A DNA stretch of 64,000 bases, taken from positions 26,476 to 90,475 of the IMG/VR virus record IMGVR_UViG_2675903055_000001, one strand, 5' to 3'. This DNA comes from a virus. Lineage: Duplodnaviria; Caudoviricetes. Positions within the stretch are counted from its first letter, which is position 1; each line of letters opens with the position of its first letter. Below, piece after piece: positions 43,098 to 51,391 of this stretch. Made by a program: the position numbers and the translations under genes. Under the pieces are notes generated by a model that made no database searches, was not told the DNA's origin, and saw only the letters and a program-made list of their open reading frames with translations.

Positions 43098-43966
43098 GCT
43101 GCACGCTCCAGTCGGTCTTCGACCGGTAGGTCGAGGAGGGAGAGCTGCCGGGGGGCGGTCATGCCCTTCTCGATGGCGGCGAGGACGCCTTCGCGCCAGG
43201 CGAGGGCGTAGCGCAGGCAGTTCGCTTCGTTCTTGTGCGGGCCGCGGGAACGCGGAAGCCGGAAGTCGCAGCCGTCGCCGGGGGTGTGTCGGCCCTGGGC
43301 GGACCAGGCCATCGAGTCGGCTGTGCCGAGCAGGTGCGCGACGCGCCGGAGCCCCTCCGTCTTGAAGCCGAAGCCGTGCGCCCGGCCCGGGCCGACGATG
43401 CCCGCGACGGTGTGGATGACCTCCGCGGCGAGCGGGGTGTCCTGAATGCGGCACACGCTCCCGACACCCACCAGCGGCTCGCGAGTGAGGTCGACGCCGG
43501 CCCGCTCGTAGAGGGTGGCGCACTGCTCGTAGGCGGCCGGCCGGTCACCCTGCAGCACGGGGATGATCCGCACCGGGCAGTTCAGCGCGCGGAGCTCGCA
43601 AAAGTTCGCCACGGTCCGCCGCTGGTGCTCGGCCACGCTCAGGCGGGTGCCGGGGGCGTGCTTGCCGCCGGGCATGGGGCCGCCGTTGATGATGACGTCC
43701 TCGCACATCCAGTCCTGCGGCGCGGCCCACTCCAAGCGGCCGATGTGCTCCGCGTACCGGCGGATCTGTTCCACGTACTGGCGGGGGCTGGGTCCGCTGC
43801 CCCAGGTGCCGTGTTCGGACAGTTGAGTGAATCCGCCGGAGTCCAGCGCCCACGGGCCGCGGGCTTCGGGTAGGCGCCGTATGCCGCGCAGAGTTGTGTC
43901 GGAGACGAACAGCGGCACGTCGGTGTGTGCCATGAAGTGCGGCTTGGCGCCGAGGTAGAACTTCAT
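43094..43966 (-). CDS. dpdA: DpdA-like 7-deazaguanine DNA transglycosylase (TGT fold)
   Basis: ALDSGGF, AAPQDWMCE, IPVLQG, VGVGSVC, HGFG, ADSMAWS; C-terminal RQLSLL. Confidence 0.8.
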   Translation of the reverse strand: MKFYLGAKPHFMAHTDVPLFVSDTTLRGIRRLPEARGPWALDSGGFTQLSEHGTWGSGPSPRQYVEQIRRYAEHIGRLEWAAPQDWMCEDVIINGGPMPGGKHAPGTRLSVAEHQRRTVANFCELRALNCPVRIIPVLQGDRPAAYEQCATLYERAGVDLTREPLVGVGSVCRIQDTPLAAEVIHTVAGIVGPGRAHGFGFKTEGLRRVAHLLGTADSMAWSAQGRHTPGDGCDFRLPRSRGPHKNEANCLRYALAWREGVLAAIEKGMTAPRQLSLLDLPVEDRLERAA

Positions 43967-44475
43967 GCGGTCGCCTCCGGCCTGCGGGCGCGCCAGGCGA
44001 AGATCACCGTGATGGCGGCGGCCGTCATCCAGGCTTTGCCGACGAGTTGGCCGGGCAGGAACGCGAGGGACCCGAAGGCGAGCCACAGGAACACCACGCT
44101 GTCGGCGAGGAGACCGACCGCGTTGGAGGCGGCCATCGCGACCAGCAGGCCGCGTCGGCGGAGTGGTTCGTATACGGCGTAGTCGAGCGTCTCGGACAGG
44201 GCGAACGCCGCGGTGGAGGCGATGGCCAACTCTGGGGTGGCCAGCAGCCACGACAGCACCGCTCCTGTGGCGATCGCGGCGAGGATGGCGGCGCGTCCGG
44301 CGGCTTCCCGCGCGAGGTCACGGAGGACGAGGGCGAGGCCGACCATGTACACGCCGGCGGGTGCGGCATAGCCGAAGCCGACTGGCACGGCACCGACGTG
44401 AGTGACGAGCATGTTCGCGGCCGGGATGGTGGCGACGTAGGCGGTGAGGGCAACTGACGCGCGAACGGAGATCAT
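43963..44475 (-). CDS. yhhQ: VUT family (YhhQ-like) 7-deazaguanine precursor transporter
   Basis: AN, LRDL, AS..AF..SETLD..VY, SN..G...DS.VF..LAFG, GQ..GK. Confidence 0.85.
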   Translation of the reverse strand: MISVRASVALTAYVATIPAANMLVTHVGAVPVGFGYAAPAGVYMVGLALVLRDLAREAAGRAAILAAIATGAVLSWLLATPELAIASTAAFALSETLDYAVYEPLRRRGLLVAMAASNAVGLLADSVVFLWLAFGSLAFLPGQLVGKAWMTAAAITVIFAWRARRPEATA

Positions 44476-44831
44476 GCGGCACGCTCCTCGGTCTCGGCGC
44501 CGATCCACTCGTGGCAGATGGAGCGGTGGACGGTGGCGCGCTTCGACTTGGCGTAGCCGTGGAAGCGGATGACTCCGGCGTGGGCGGCGGCGCGGAAGCG
44601 GGGGCCCCAGCAGTTGGGGTGCGGCGGCTCGTCGAGCCCGTCGGCGACGAGGTCGGCGGCTTGGAAGGGGATGCCGAGGGCGGCGAACTTGGCTATGCGG
44701 GCGTCGCAGTCGGTGGCCCAGTCGGGGTCGAGCTGGTCGACGCGGGTCATGCCGGTCTGCTTGGCGTGTTCGCCGGCGGCGGCGTTGATGGTGCCGGGGG
44801 TGGGCTCGGGGATCTGGAGCTGGCCGGTCAT
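44472..44831 (-). CDS. Hypothetical protein (wHTH-like)
   Basis: PPHPNCWGPRF..AA..GVI..GY..S.R. Confidence 0.7.
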   Translation of the reverse strand: MTGQLQIPEPTPGTINAAAGEHAKQTGMTRVDQLDPDWATDCDARIAKFAALGIPFQAADLVADGLDEPPHPNCWGPRFRAAAHAGVIRFHGYAKSKRATVHRSICHEWIGAETEERAA

Positions 44832-45031
44832 CGGTTGGCCTCTCGGTTGATGGCGCGGATGCAGCGGCGGCAGGTGATCTCGGCGTCGTCGTCGAGCCAG
44901 TGGTTGTCGGCGAGGACGTCGATGAAGTAGCCGCAGGCGGTTTCGGTGCCGCCGGAGATCGGCAGCTCGCGGGCGGCGTGGACGGCCCGGCCTCCGTGAA
45001 GGCGGACACGGAGCGAGTGCTGGCCGGTCAT
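44828..45031 (-). CDS. Small zinc-binding hypothetical protein
   Basis: VH..TACG..ITCRRC. Confidence 0.65.
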   Translation of the reverse strand: MTGQHSLRVRLHGGRAVHAARELPISGGTETACGYFIDVLADNHWLDDDAEITCRRCIRAINREANR

Positions 45032-45300
45032 CGGGCACCGCCTTCGAAGCACTCGCAGTCGCCGATGACCCGTCCCTCGCAGACGTGTTCGGTGAGGGGG
45101 GTGCGGGTGTCGGCGTGCAGCCGGTACAGGTCGAGCAGTCCGTCCGCGGCCTGGTACGCCTCCGGGTGGTCGGCTGCCGCGTCGCGCTGGGCTTTCAGCC
45201 ATTGGTCGATGTCGTCGCCGCGGCGGGGCTGGTGTGGCGGGTTGTAGCCGGGTCCGGTGTGGGTGAGTGCGTCGAGGAGGCGGGCGAGGCTGCGCTTCAT
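45028..45300 (-). CDS. Hypothetical protein
   Basis: LLDLYRLHADT..C..C.C. Confidence 0.65.
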   Translation of the reverse strand: MKRSLARLLDALTHTGPGYNPPHQPRRGDDIDQWLKAQRDAAADHPEAYQAADGLLDLYRLHADTRTPLTEHVCEGRVIGDCECFEGGAR

Positions 45301-45698
45301 GCGGACACCTCCGCGAGCTGCTTCTCGACGGCGGCCAGGACCTCGGCGGGCGGGGTCCAGAAGCCGAGCCGGCCCTTGCACGGCACCGGCTGTTGGAGCG
45401 GGCGAACGTTGGAGAGCTGCCAGTGGTAGACGTCCCAGTTGCCCCACGGCTCGCAGCAGTCGGCGTATGCGTGGCAGTCGGTGAGGTTGGCAACGGCGAG
45501 GATCGCGCTGCGGGTGTCGGGGTAGTTGCGGCGGGCGGTGTTCTCGCCGAACGGCAGGATGGCGTGGCGGTCGTCGGTGGCGCCGGCGTGGATGAGGATC
45601 TGACCGCGGTAGTTCGTCGTCCAGGTGCGGTTCTCGACGCGCTTCGAGCCGTGGGTGATGGCGTCGGCCCAGGGCTGACGGATGGTGAGGGCTTTCAT
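45297..45698 (-). CDS. ASCH domain protein
   Basis: MKALTIRQPWA..G.KRVENRTW..LIHAG. Confidence 0.9.
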   Translation of the reverse strand: MKALTIRQPWADAITHGSKRVENRTWTTNYRGQILIHAGATDDRHAILPFGENTARRNYPDTRSAILAVANLTDCHAYADCCEPWGNWDVYHWQLSNVRPLQQPVPCKGRLGFWTPPAEVLAAVEKQLAEVSA

Positions 45699-46423
45699 GC
45701 GGGCTCCTGGTGGTTGATGGCGTCCATCTGGGCGCGCTGCTCGGGGGTGAGGCGGGCGAGGGCTTCCGCGGCGGCGGTCCGGCGGCGTTCTTCCTCGCGT
45801 GCGGCGGCCGGGTCGGCTACGGGTTCACCAAGGGCGGTTCGCTTCCGGGCGCCGTGGGTTGGTCGACGTTTCCCTCCGGGCCACCGGCAGTGCTGGCCGA
45901 CCCGGGCCTGGCATGCCGGGCACTGCACGCTGAACGGCCGGGGCTTGGCCGCCTCGCGGGCTTCCTCCTCGCCGGGTTCGGCGGGTATCTCCCGGCCGAC
46001 GCCTTCGAGGACGCGCGCCAGGGCTTGGGGCGAGCCGCCTTCGAGCGCGGGCGGGACCGGGTCGGCGGGCCGATGGCCGTCGGCGGTGGCTGCGATCTGT
46101 CCGCGGAGGCGGGCGAGGTAGTTCGGGTCCTCGTCGCCGGGTGGCGGCTCGTACTGGAAGTTCGTGAGGCGGTCGCGGCGGGCTTTGCGGGCGAGGTCGA
46201 TGATGTCGACGGCCGTGGCGCGGAATCGGTCCTCGGGCTTGCGGGAGGCCATCTCCAGGTAGAAGCGGGTGAGGGCGGCCTCGGCGGCGGCGTAGTTGAT
46301 GCGGGCGGCGTTGAGGTCTGCGTGCCAGGCGAGGACGTCGGCGTCGCCGACGGTGCGCTGGTCGCGGGCGGCAGCGAGGCCGAGGAACGTTCCCACTTCC
46401 TTGTAGGTGATCGTTTCGGTCAT
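45695..46423 (-). CDS. Replication accessory protein (helicase loader/inhibitor-like N-terminus, C-terminal zinc finger)
   Basis: DQRTVG..DV.AW..L; CPAC..C..H; directly downstream of initiator. Confidence 0.6.
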   Translation of the reverse strand: MTETITYKEVGTFLGLAAARDQRTVGDADVLAWHADLNAARINYAAAEAALTRFYLEMASRKPEDRFRATAVDIIDLARKARRDRLTNFQYEPPPGDEDPNYLARLRGQIAATADGHRPADPVPPALEGGSPQALARVLEGVGREIPAEPGEEEAREAAKPRPFSVQCPACQARVGQHCRWPGGKRRPTHGARKRTALGEPVADPAAAREEERRRTAAAEALARLTPEQRAQMDAINHQEPA

Positions 46424-47553
46424 CGGTTCTCCTGAGCGCGGGCGGCGTCGGCGGCGGCCTGGAGGCGGCTGCCGACGTCGATGGCCTGCTGCACGCGGGC
46501 GTCAGTGGTGGACGGGCGGTGCTGGTTGGGCAGCGCGATGACGTTGCTGGGGGTGGGTTGACCGCTGGCGAACGGCGCGGCCAGTGGCGGCTGGTCGGGT
46601 TCGTCGTCGTAGGCGCCGCGACGGAGCCAGGTGGCGGGGTACGGCGTGTACCGGGGGTCCTCAGTCGCGCGTTCGTGGGCGTATGCCTTGGCAGCCTGGA
46701 CGATGTGTTCGGGGGTGGCGCCGCGGTCGATGGCGGCTATCCACTCCTTGCGGGCGTCTTCGCGGTTGCGCTTGCGGGGGTAGACGAGCCAGAACGCGCC
46801 GAAGGCTTCGAGTTGGTAGTCGCGCTGGGGGGCGGCGTTGCCGCTGCTGTCGAGGGCGAGTGGACCGGTGAGGGAATCATCTGCGCGAAGCGCAGGAGTA
46901 TTTGTTTCTTCTCCCGTATTCGTCTTCCCGTATTCGTTCTTAGACGTACCACCGTGTGGCACGTCGGAGTGACCTGGGGTTTTGCTTGTTTGCGCAGGTC
47001 CGGCCGGGATGCCACAGGCTGGTACGTCGGTGCGACCTGCGGTGTTGGGGGTTTGTGCAGGTGACTCCGACGTGCCACCACCTGGTACGTCGGAGTGGGC
47101 TTCCGGCGTACCGCCATGTGGTACGTCGGCCCCACCTGCGCCATTGCGCGTTCCCCCAGTTCGGTCCGACGTACCACCATGTGGTACGTCGGTGTGACCT
47201 GCGGGCTTCGGGGTTTCCCCTGCTCGCGCCGACGTACCACCGTGTGGCACGTCGGTGAGGGTGAGGATCGTGGTGTGCTGGCCACCGGGGAGTACCTCTC
47301 GACTCGGCGTGAGGTAGCCGTGTTCCTTCAGTTCGGCGAAGGCTGCGCGGAACTGGCGGCGGCCGGGGCCCGCCTTGCCGTGGCGTTCGTTTGAGGCGCG
47401 CCACAGCGAGTCGGCGGTGGTGTCCCAGCCGTCGGGGCGGCTGAGGAGTTCGACAAGGATGCCGCGGGCCATATGGCTTAGGCGGTCGTCGCGCACGGTG
47501 GCGTTGGGGACTTGGAGGAAGTCCCTCGTTGGCCTGGAGTGCCGGATCCTCAC
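46420..47553 (-). CDS. Replication initiator (lambda O-like)
   Basis: N-terminal wHTH (LSHMARGIL..LLS.P.GW), central repeats, FGAFWLVYPRK..YTPYPATWL. Confidence 0.85.
   Translation of the reverse strand: MRIRHSRPTRDFLQVPNATVRDDRLSHMARGILVELLSRPDGWDTTADSLWRASNERHGKAGPGRRQFRAAFAELKEHGYLTPSREVLPGGQHTTILTLTDVPHGGTSARAGETPKPAGHTDVPHGGTSDRTGGTRNGAGGADVPHGGTPEAHSDVPGGGTSESPAQTPNTAGRTDVPACGIPAGPAQTSKTPGHSDVPHGGTSKNEYGKTNTGEETNTPALRADDSLTGPLALDSSGNAAPQRDYQLEAFGAFWLVYPRKRNREDARKEWIAAIDRGATPEHIVQAAKAYAHERATEDPRYTPYPATWLRRGAYDDEPDQPPLAAPFASGQPTPSNVIALPNQHRPSTTDARVQQAIDVGSRLQAAADAARAQENR
46943..47255. repeat. Six palindromic iterons CCGACGTRCCA-N5-TGGYACGTCGG (probable ori)
   Basis: Copies at ~46943, 47006 (degenerate), 47067, 47103, 47166, 47229; read as DVPHGGT repeats in the protein. 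Confidence 0.85.
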
Positions 47554-47684
47554 GCTTGCTCTTCTCTCGTTCGCACTGATCAGGACGTGGCTGTGAAACC
47601 CCCTGGTCAGGGCGGCTCACGGATATCCGTGGGGTCACTAGTGTACACTTGGGTACGCGAAGGTACCACGGTTACTATGTGCGT

Positions 47685-47882
47685 ATGCCTGCGTCCACAA
47701 GTGCCGAGATCGGCATCCGAGAACTGAGGGCGTCCTTGTCGGACGTCGTGAACGAGACCGCCGTCCGCGGCCGGATCACCTACGTGACGAGCCGTGGCCG
47801 TCGAATCGCAGCGATCGTGCCCGTGCCTGACGCGGAAGCCGTCGAAGCAGACCGAGATCCGGGGGGATCCCCCTCGGACTGA
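47685..47882 (+). CDS. Phd/YefM-family antitoxin-like protein
   Basis: IGIRELRASLSDVVN..GR..VTSRGRRIAAIVP; TACTAT 6 nt upstream of ATG suggests a leaderless mRNA. Confidence 0.85.
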   Translation: MPASTSAEIGIRELRASLSDVVNETAVRGRITYVTSRGRRIAAIVPVPDAEAVEADRDPGGSPSD

Positions 47883-47897
47883 CCGAGGGGGAACCCC

Positions 47898-48353
47898 ATG
47901 TATCTCGACGACCACCCCACCGCGCTCTACCGCTTCTACGACGGGGACGACGCCCTGCTCTACGTCGGAATCACGCACAACGTGGAGCAGCGCTTCGCAG
48001 CCCACGCGGTCAAGGCGCCGTGGTGGCACGAAGCCGCACGCCAAACTGTCGAGTGGTACGACTCCCGCGCTGCCGCGCTCGCAGCCGAGCTTCACGCCAT
48101 CCGCGCCGAACGGCCGCGTCACAACATCGCGGGTTCGCCCTGGGCGTCTGGACCGCGCGAGCTGACGGGCTGCGAGATCACGGAAGGAGAGGCCAAAGAG
48201 TTGGTGCGAGGCTTGGAGCTTGGCGCGGCCCTTGTGGATCCTGTCTTCGTCGTGGATCGCAAGAAGGAGAGGAACCGCGTGGCAGTTCTGGTGTCCCCGG
48301 AGTTCTACCGACAGGCAATGGCCGCGGGTGACACTCACCGTCCGCAGACCTGA
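47898..48353 (+). CDS. GIY-YIG nuclease with Phd-like C-terminal segment
   Basis: ALYRFYD..LLYVGIT..R..H..PWW; C-terminal PVFVVDRKKERNRVAVLVSPEFYRQA. Confidence 0.8.
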   Translation: MYLDDHPTALYRFYDGDDALLYVGITHNVEQRFAAHAVKAPWWHEAARQTVEWYDSRAAALAAELHAIRAERPRHNIAGSPWASGPRELTGCEITEGEAKELVRGLELGAALVDPVFVVDRKKERNRVAVLVSPEFYRQAMAAGDTHRPQT

Positions 48354-48378
48354 CATCGGCTTCTCCTCTCTCCCCTGG

Positions 48379-48406
48379 GCCCCGCTTCGGCGGGGCTTCG
48401 TCGTGT
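48379..48406 (+). terminator. Intrinsic terminator of the Phd/GIY-YIG operon
   Basis: GCCCCGC-TTCG-GCGGGGC then TTCGTCGT. Confidence 0.7.
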
Positions 48407-48446
48407 CCGGTGCCGGGCCCGCGGTGCTGCGGACCCGGCGGTACTG

Positions 48447-49292
48447 CTACTTCGGGGTGGGGATCTCGCTGCCCGGCTTGTGCACCAGCCGGGCCAGGTC
48501 CCGGCCAGCGCGCACGGCGTTCCAAGTGCGGATCAGGTAGGCCATGAAGCGGTCTTCTGCCAGGCGCACGTTGTCGAGTCGCTCGGAGGTGACCCGGGTC
48601 CGCAGGGCGAGGATCGGGTGGCCGACGGGCAGCTCGGCGCCGTCGCTGAGCCGCTGGAAGAACCAGGCAGCCTCGGCCGGGTCGATGGTGGTGAACAGGT
48701 GATGGCAGGTGCCGAGGACCGACTGCGGAATGTGCGGAAATGCCTGGCGGGTGCGGACCGCGATCTCCGTGGAGCGGCGCAGCTCGGGCCGCTCGACGAG
48801 GAGGGCAGCGCACTCGGCGGTCGTTGGGGACTGGCGGCCGGTGAAGCGGCGGTCGCCCTGCTCCCAAGCCCACACCCGGCGGAGGATCGCGGCGAGGGTG
48901 ACGGCGTTGTCTTCGTTGCGGAGGCCGAGGACGTCGCCGGTGGAACGCTTGCGGCCGGCGTCCATGGTTTCCTGCGAGGCGGGGTCGAGGCCGATGACGA
49001 CGAACATGTCGACGGCGGTGTCGGCCTGGATGACGGCGTGGAGGCGGTGCTGTCCGTCGAGGACACTGCCGTCGGTGGCGAGCTTGATGGCTTCGCCGTT
49101 GACGGCCCACCGTCCGGAGGCCATGTCGCGGGCGTAGTCGCCGACGGCACGGTCCCGCAGCTTGCGGTTGTGGGTGTTGCGCCGCAGGAGGTCCGTGGCG
49201 AGGGCGGGTGTGATGGTGATGACCAGCGATGTCGGTCCGCTGGTGGCGAGCAGGTCGAGTTCTGCGGTGCTGGCGGGGGTTACGGTGGTCAT
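48447..49292 (-). CDS. ParB/Srx-like N-terminal domain protein
   Basis: NTHNR..YARDM..G.W..NGE.I..LDGQHRL.A. Confidence 0.75.
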   Translation of the reverse strand: MTTVTPASTAELDLLATSGPTSLVITITPALATDLLRRNTHNRKLRDRAVGDYARDMASGRWAVNGEAIKLATDGSVLDGQHRLHAVIQADTAVDMFVVIGLDPASQETMDAGRKRSTGDVLGLRNEDNAVTLAAILRRVWAWEQGDRRFTGRQSPTTAECAALLVERPELRRSTEIAVRTRQAFPHIPQSVLGTCHHLFTTIDPAEAAWFFQRLSDGAELPVGHPILALRTRVTSERLDNVRLAEDRFMAYLIRTWNAVRAGRDLARLVHKPGSEIPTPK

Positions 49293-49398
49293 TGCAGCTC
49301 CTTGTTGAGGTTGTCGGCGGTATCGGCGCCGGTGCGGGGGCCGGTCGTAGGGCGGTCGGCCCCCGCGGTGTGTGTGCTGGTGGTGGGGTCGTGGCCGG

Positions 49399-49839
49399 TC
49401 ACGCTGCGGCCTCGGCCTTGGCCCGGTGTGCTGCGTCGCGGCGACGTTTGGCCGCGCGGCAGGCGTCGTCGATCGGCTCGCGCTTCTTCACGTGCCGGTC
49501 GTAGGCCGACGCCGTGCCGCACTCGGCCTGCGGCCGGCCGCCCTTGCGCGGGGCTTGCGGGTGGTCCGGGTCCCGGGGCACGCGGCGGCGCAGGATGGTC
49601 GCCCGCTCCCGCTCCGTCAGCCCGCCCCACACGCCGAACGCCGCGTCCTGCGGGTTGCTGAGGGCCCAGTTCGCGCACGCCCTGCGGACGGGGCAGTCGT
49701 CGCAGATGCTGCGGGCGACGAGGGCCGGCGCTCCCGGCGGCGGGAACATGACCTCCGGGTCGGCCAGCACGCGGCAGGCGGCATGGTCCCGCCAGTCACC
49801 GCGGGGCAGGTTGTCGGGGGCGTGGCCGGTGATGCTCAT
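49399..49839 (-). CDS. whiB: WhiB-family transcription factor with C-terminal zinc-knuckle extension
   Basis: W..AAC..ICDDCPVRRAC..GVWGGLTERER; CGTASAY..H..C. Confidence 0.9.
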   Translation of the reverse strand: MSITGHAPDNLPRGDWRDHAACRVLADPEVMFPPPGAPALVARSICDDCPVRRACANWALSNPQDAAFGVWGGLTERERATILRRRVPRDPDHPQAPRKGGRPQAECGTASAYDRHVKKREPIDDACRAAKRRRDAAHRAKAEAAA

Positions 49840-50285
49840 GCGGGCACCTCCTGGGTGCGGGAACGCAGCGCGCGGTAGAGAGAAGCCCGCTGCACGGGGG
49901 TCAGGCCGCCCGCGATCCCGCCGCGGCCCCGGGTCGGCATCGCGCCCTCGCCGTGCATGGCCTCGGCCAGGCAGAGGGCCCGGACCGGGCAGCGCAACAC
50001 GCACACGTTCTGCGCGGCGATGCTCTCGGTGGTGGTGCCGTCGCCGTCCCAGTCCGCGGGGATCGGGGTGGGTCGGGTGCAGGCGCCGTGCCGGTGCCAG
50101 CCCTCCGCGGGCCTGGGCCGGTCGATGACGACCGTGGCCTTCCGGGCGCGGGTGGGTTCGTGGCGGAGGCGGAGCACGGTGCGGGTGGACACGCCGAGGT
50201 GGGCGGCGATGGCCGGGTCGCTCCAGCCGGCTCGGTAGAGGGTGCGGGCTCTGGTGGCACGCTCCTCGCGGGTCATGTGGGTCAT
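49836..50285 (-). CDS. HTH-WhiB fusion protein (divergent WhiB)
   Basis: IAAHLGVSTRTVLR, then GAC..CVLRCPVRALC..GIAGGLT. Confidence 0.75.
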   Translation of the reverse strand: MTHMTREERATRARTLYRAGWSDPAIAAHLGVSTRTVLRLRHEPTRARKATVVIDRPRPAEGWHRHGACTRPTPIPADWDGDGTTTESIAAQNVCVLRCPVRALCLAEAMHGEGAMPTRGRGGIAGGLTPVQRASLYRALRSRTQEVPA

Positions 50286-51076
50286 GCCGCCACCGCCTTG
50301 GTTGCGGCGCGGTGGGCGCTGCGGGCGTCGAGGCACGGCTGGCAAGCAGGCAGAACACCGTTTTGGAAGTGGGCGTTGTAGCCGCTGGACGTGCCGCAGT
50401 GGCCGGTCCAGTCGGGGTACGCCTGCGGGTCGTCGATGGTGTCGTCGTCCCACGCGCCGACCGGAGCCCACAGCTTGGCCTTGGCCTGGTTGAGGGCCCG
50501 GCTGTATGCCTGGTTGGCGACACGGTGGTCACGGGGGTCGGTGCGCCACAGCTCGTCGTAGAGGCTGCGCACGCGGCGCGCGGTGGCGATGGTGACGTGC
50601 TCCCGTGCGAGGAGCGCCCCGAAGTTGCCCGGGGTCATGTCCAGCCGGGCCGCGAGGCGTGACTGCGGCCAGCCTCTGGCGGTCAGCGCCTGGAGACGGC
50701 GCACGGTGCCGACTGCGGCGACGGTGGTCGTGCCCGGCAGGTTCTCCCACGTCGGCTCGACGGAGAGGATCGCCGCGGCGGTGGCCGGCCGGATCTGTGC
50801 CGGTGGTGGTGTGCCGCGGTCGGATCGGCCGTGCAGGAGGACGTACACCTGCTTGCGGTCGAGGTGGGCGAGGGCTGCGATGGTGCGCGTACCGATTCCG
50901 CAGGCGAGGAGTTCACGCACGTGGGCGCGGGCGGGTTCGGCGTCGACGTAGGGCTGCCAGGTTCCGCGGCGGATGGCGTGGTCGCGGGCGTCGCGGTATT
51001 GGGCGGCGGCGAAGCCGCAGGTGTAGCAGCGGCAGCCGTCGAGCTTGTAGCGGGCGTAGCCGTGGGGTCGGGTCAC
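50282..51076 (-). CDS. Conserved actinophage DNA-binding protein
   Basis: HGYARY..CRC..C, GTVRRLQAL..GW, WDDDTIDDP, CGT..GY..H..C..C. Confidence 0.75.
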   Translation of the reverse strand: MTRPHGYARYKLDGCRCYTCGFAAAQYRDARDHAIRRGTWQPYVDAEPARAHVRELLACGIGTRTIAALAHLDRKQVYVLLHGRSDRGTPPPAQIRPATAAAILSVEPTWENLPGTTTVAAVGTVRRLQALTARGWPQSRLAARLDMTPGNFGALLAREHVTIATARRVRSLYDELWRTDPRDHRVANQAYSRALNQAKAKLWAPVGAWDDDTIDDPQAYPDWTGHCGTSSGYNAHFQNGVLPACQPCLDARSAHRAATKAVAA

Positions 51077-51291
51077 TGCTGCTCGCCTCGCTTTCTCCAG
51101 GCCGAGGTGTGGCCGTTGTGCCAGTGGTCGCCGCACTTGTAGGCGCGGAGGGCGGTGTGGGGGTGGATGGCGCGGGCGGCGCGGCGTGCTTCGCGGCGGG
51201 TGAGGTAGGACTTCCGGCCGCAGGTGGGGCAGGTGCCGAGGGCGAGGTGTTCGGGTGCGATGTGCGGCGGTGAGGCGTTGAGGTGTTTCAT
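51073..51291 (-). CDS. Small zinc-finger protein
   Basis: CPTCGRKSY..AYKC..H.GH. Confidence 0.7.
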   Translation of the reverse strand: MKHLNASPPHIAPEHLALGTCPTCGRKSYLTRREARRAARAIHPHTALRAYKCGDHWHNGHTSAWRKRGEQQ

Positions 51292-51391
51292 CTGCGGGTC
51301 ACCTCCTGGTGCGGGTTGGGTGCTGGTGTGGTGGTGTGGTGGCCCGCGCCGGGGGCCTGTGGTCATCCCCGGGCGCGGGCAGTAGGCGGGG

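Noticed and set aside
43094-43966. tRNA-modifying TGT
   Set aside because: Short TGT fold without the tRNA-TGT zinc-site Cys cluster; phage context with a VUT transporter fits DpdA better
49289-49402. Small ORF VTGHDPTT... between whiB and the ParB-like gene
   Set aside because: Low-complexity with no supporting features; left unannotated
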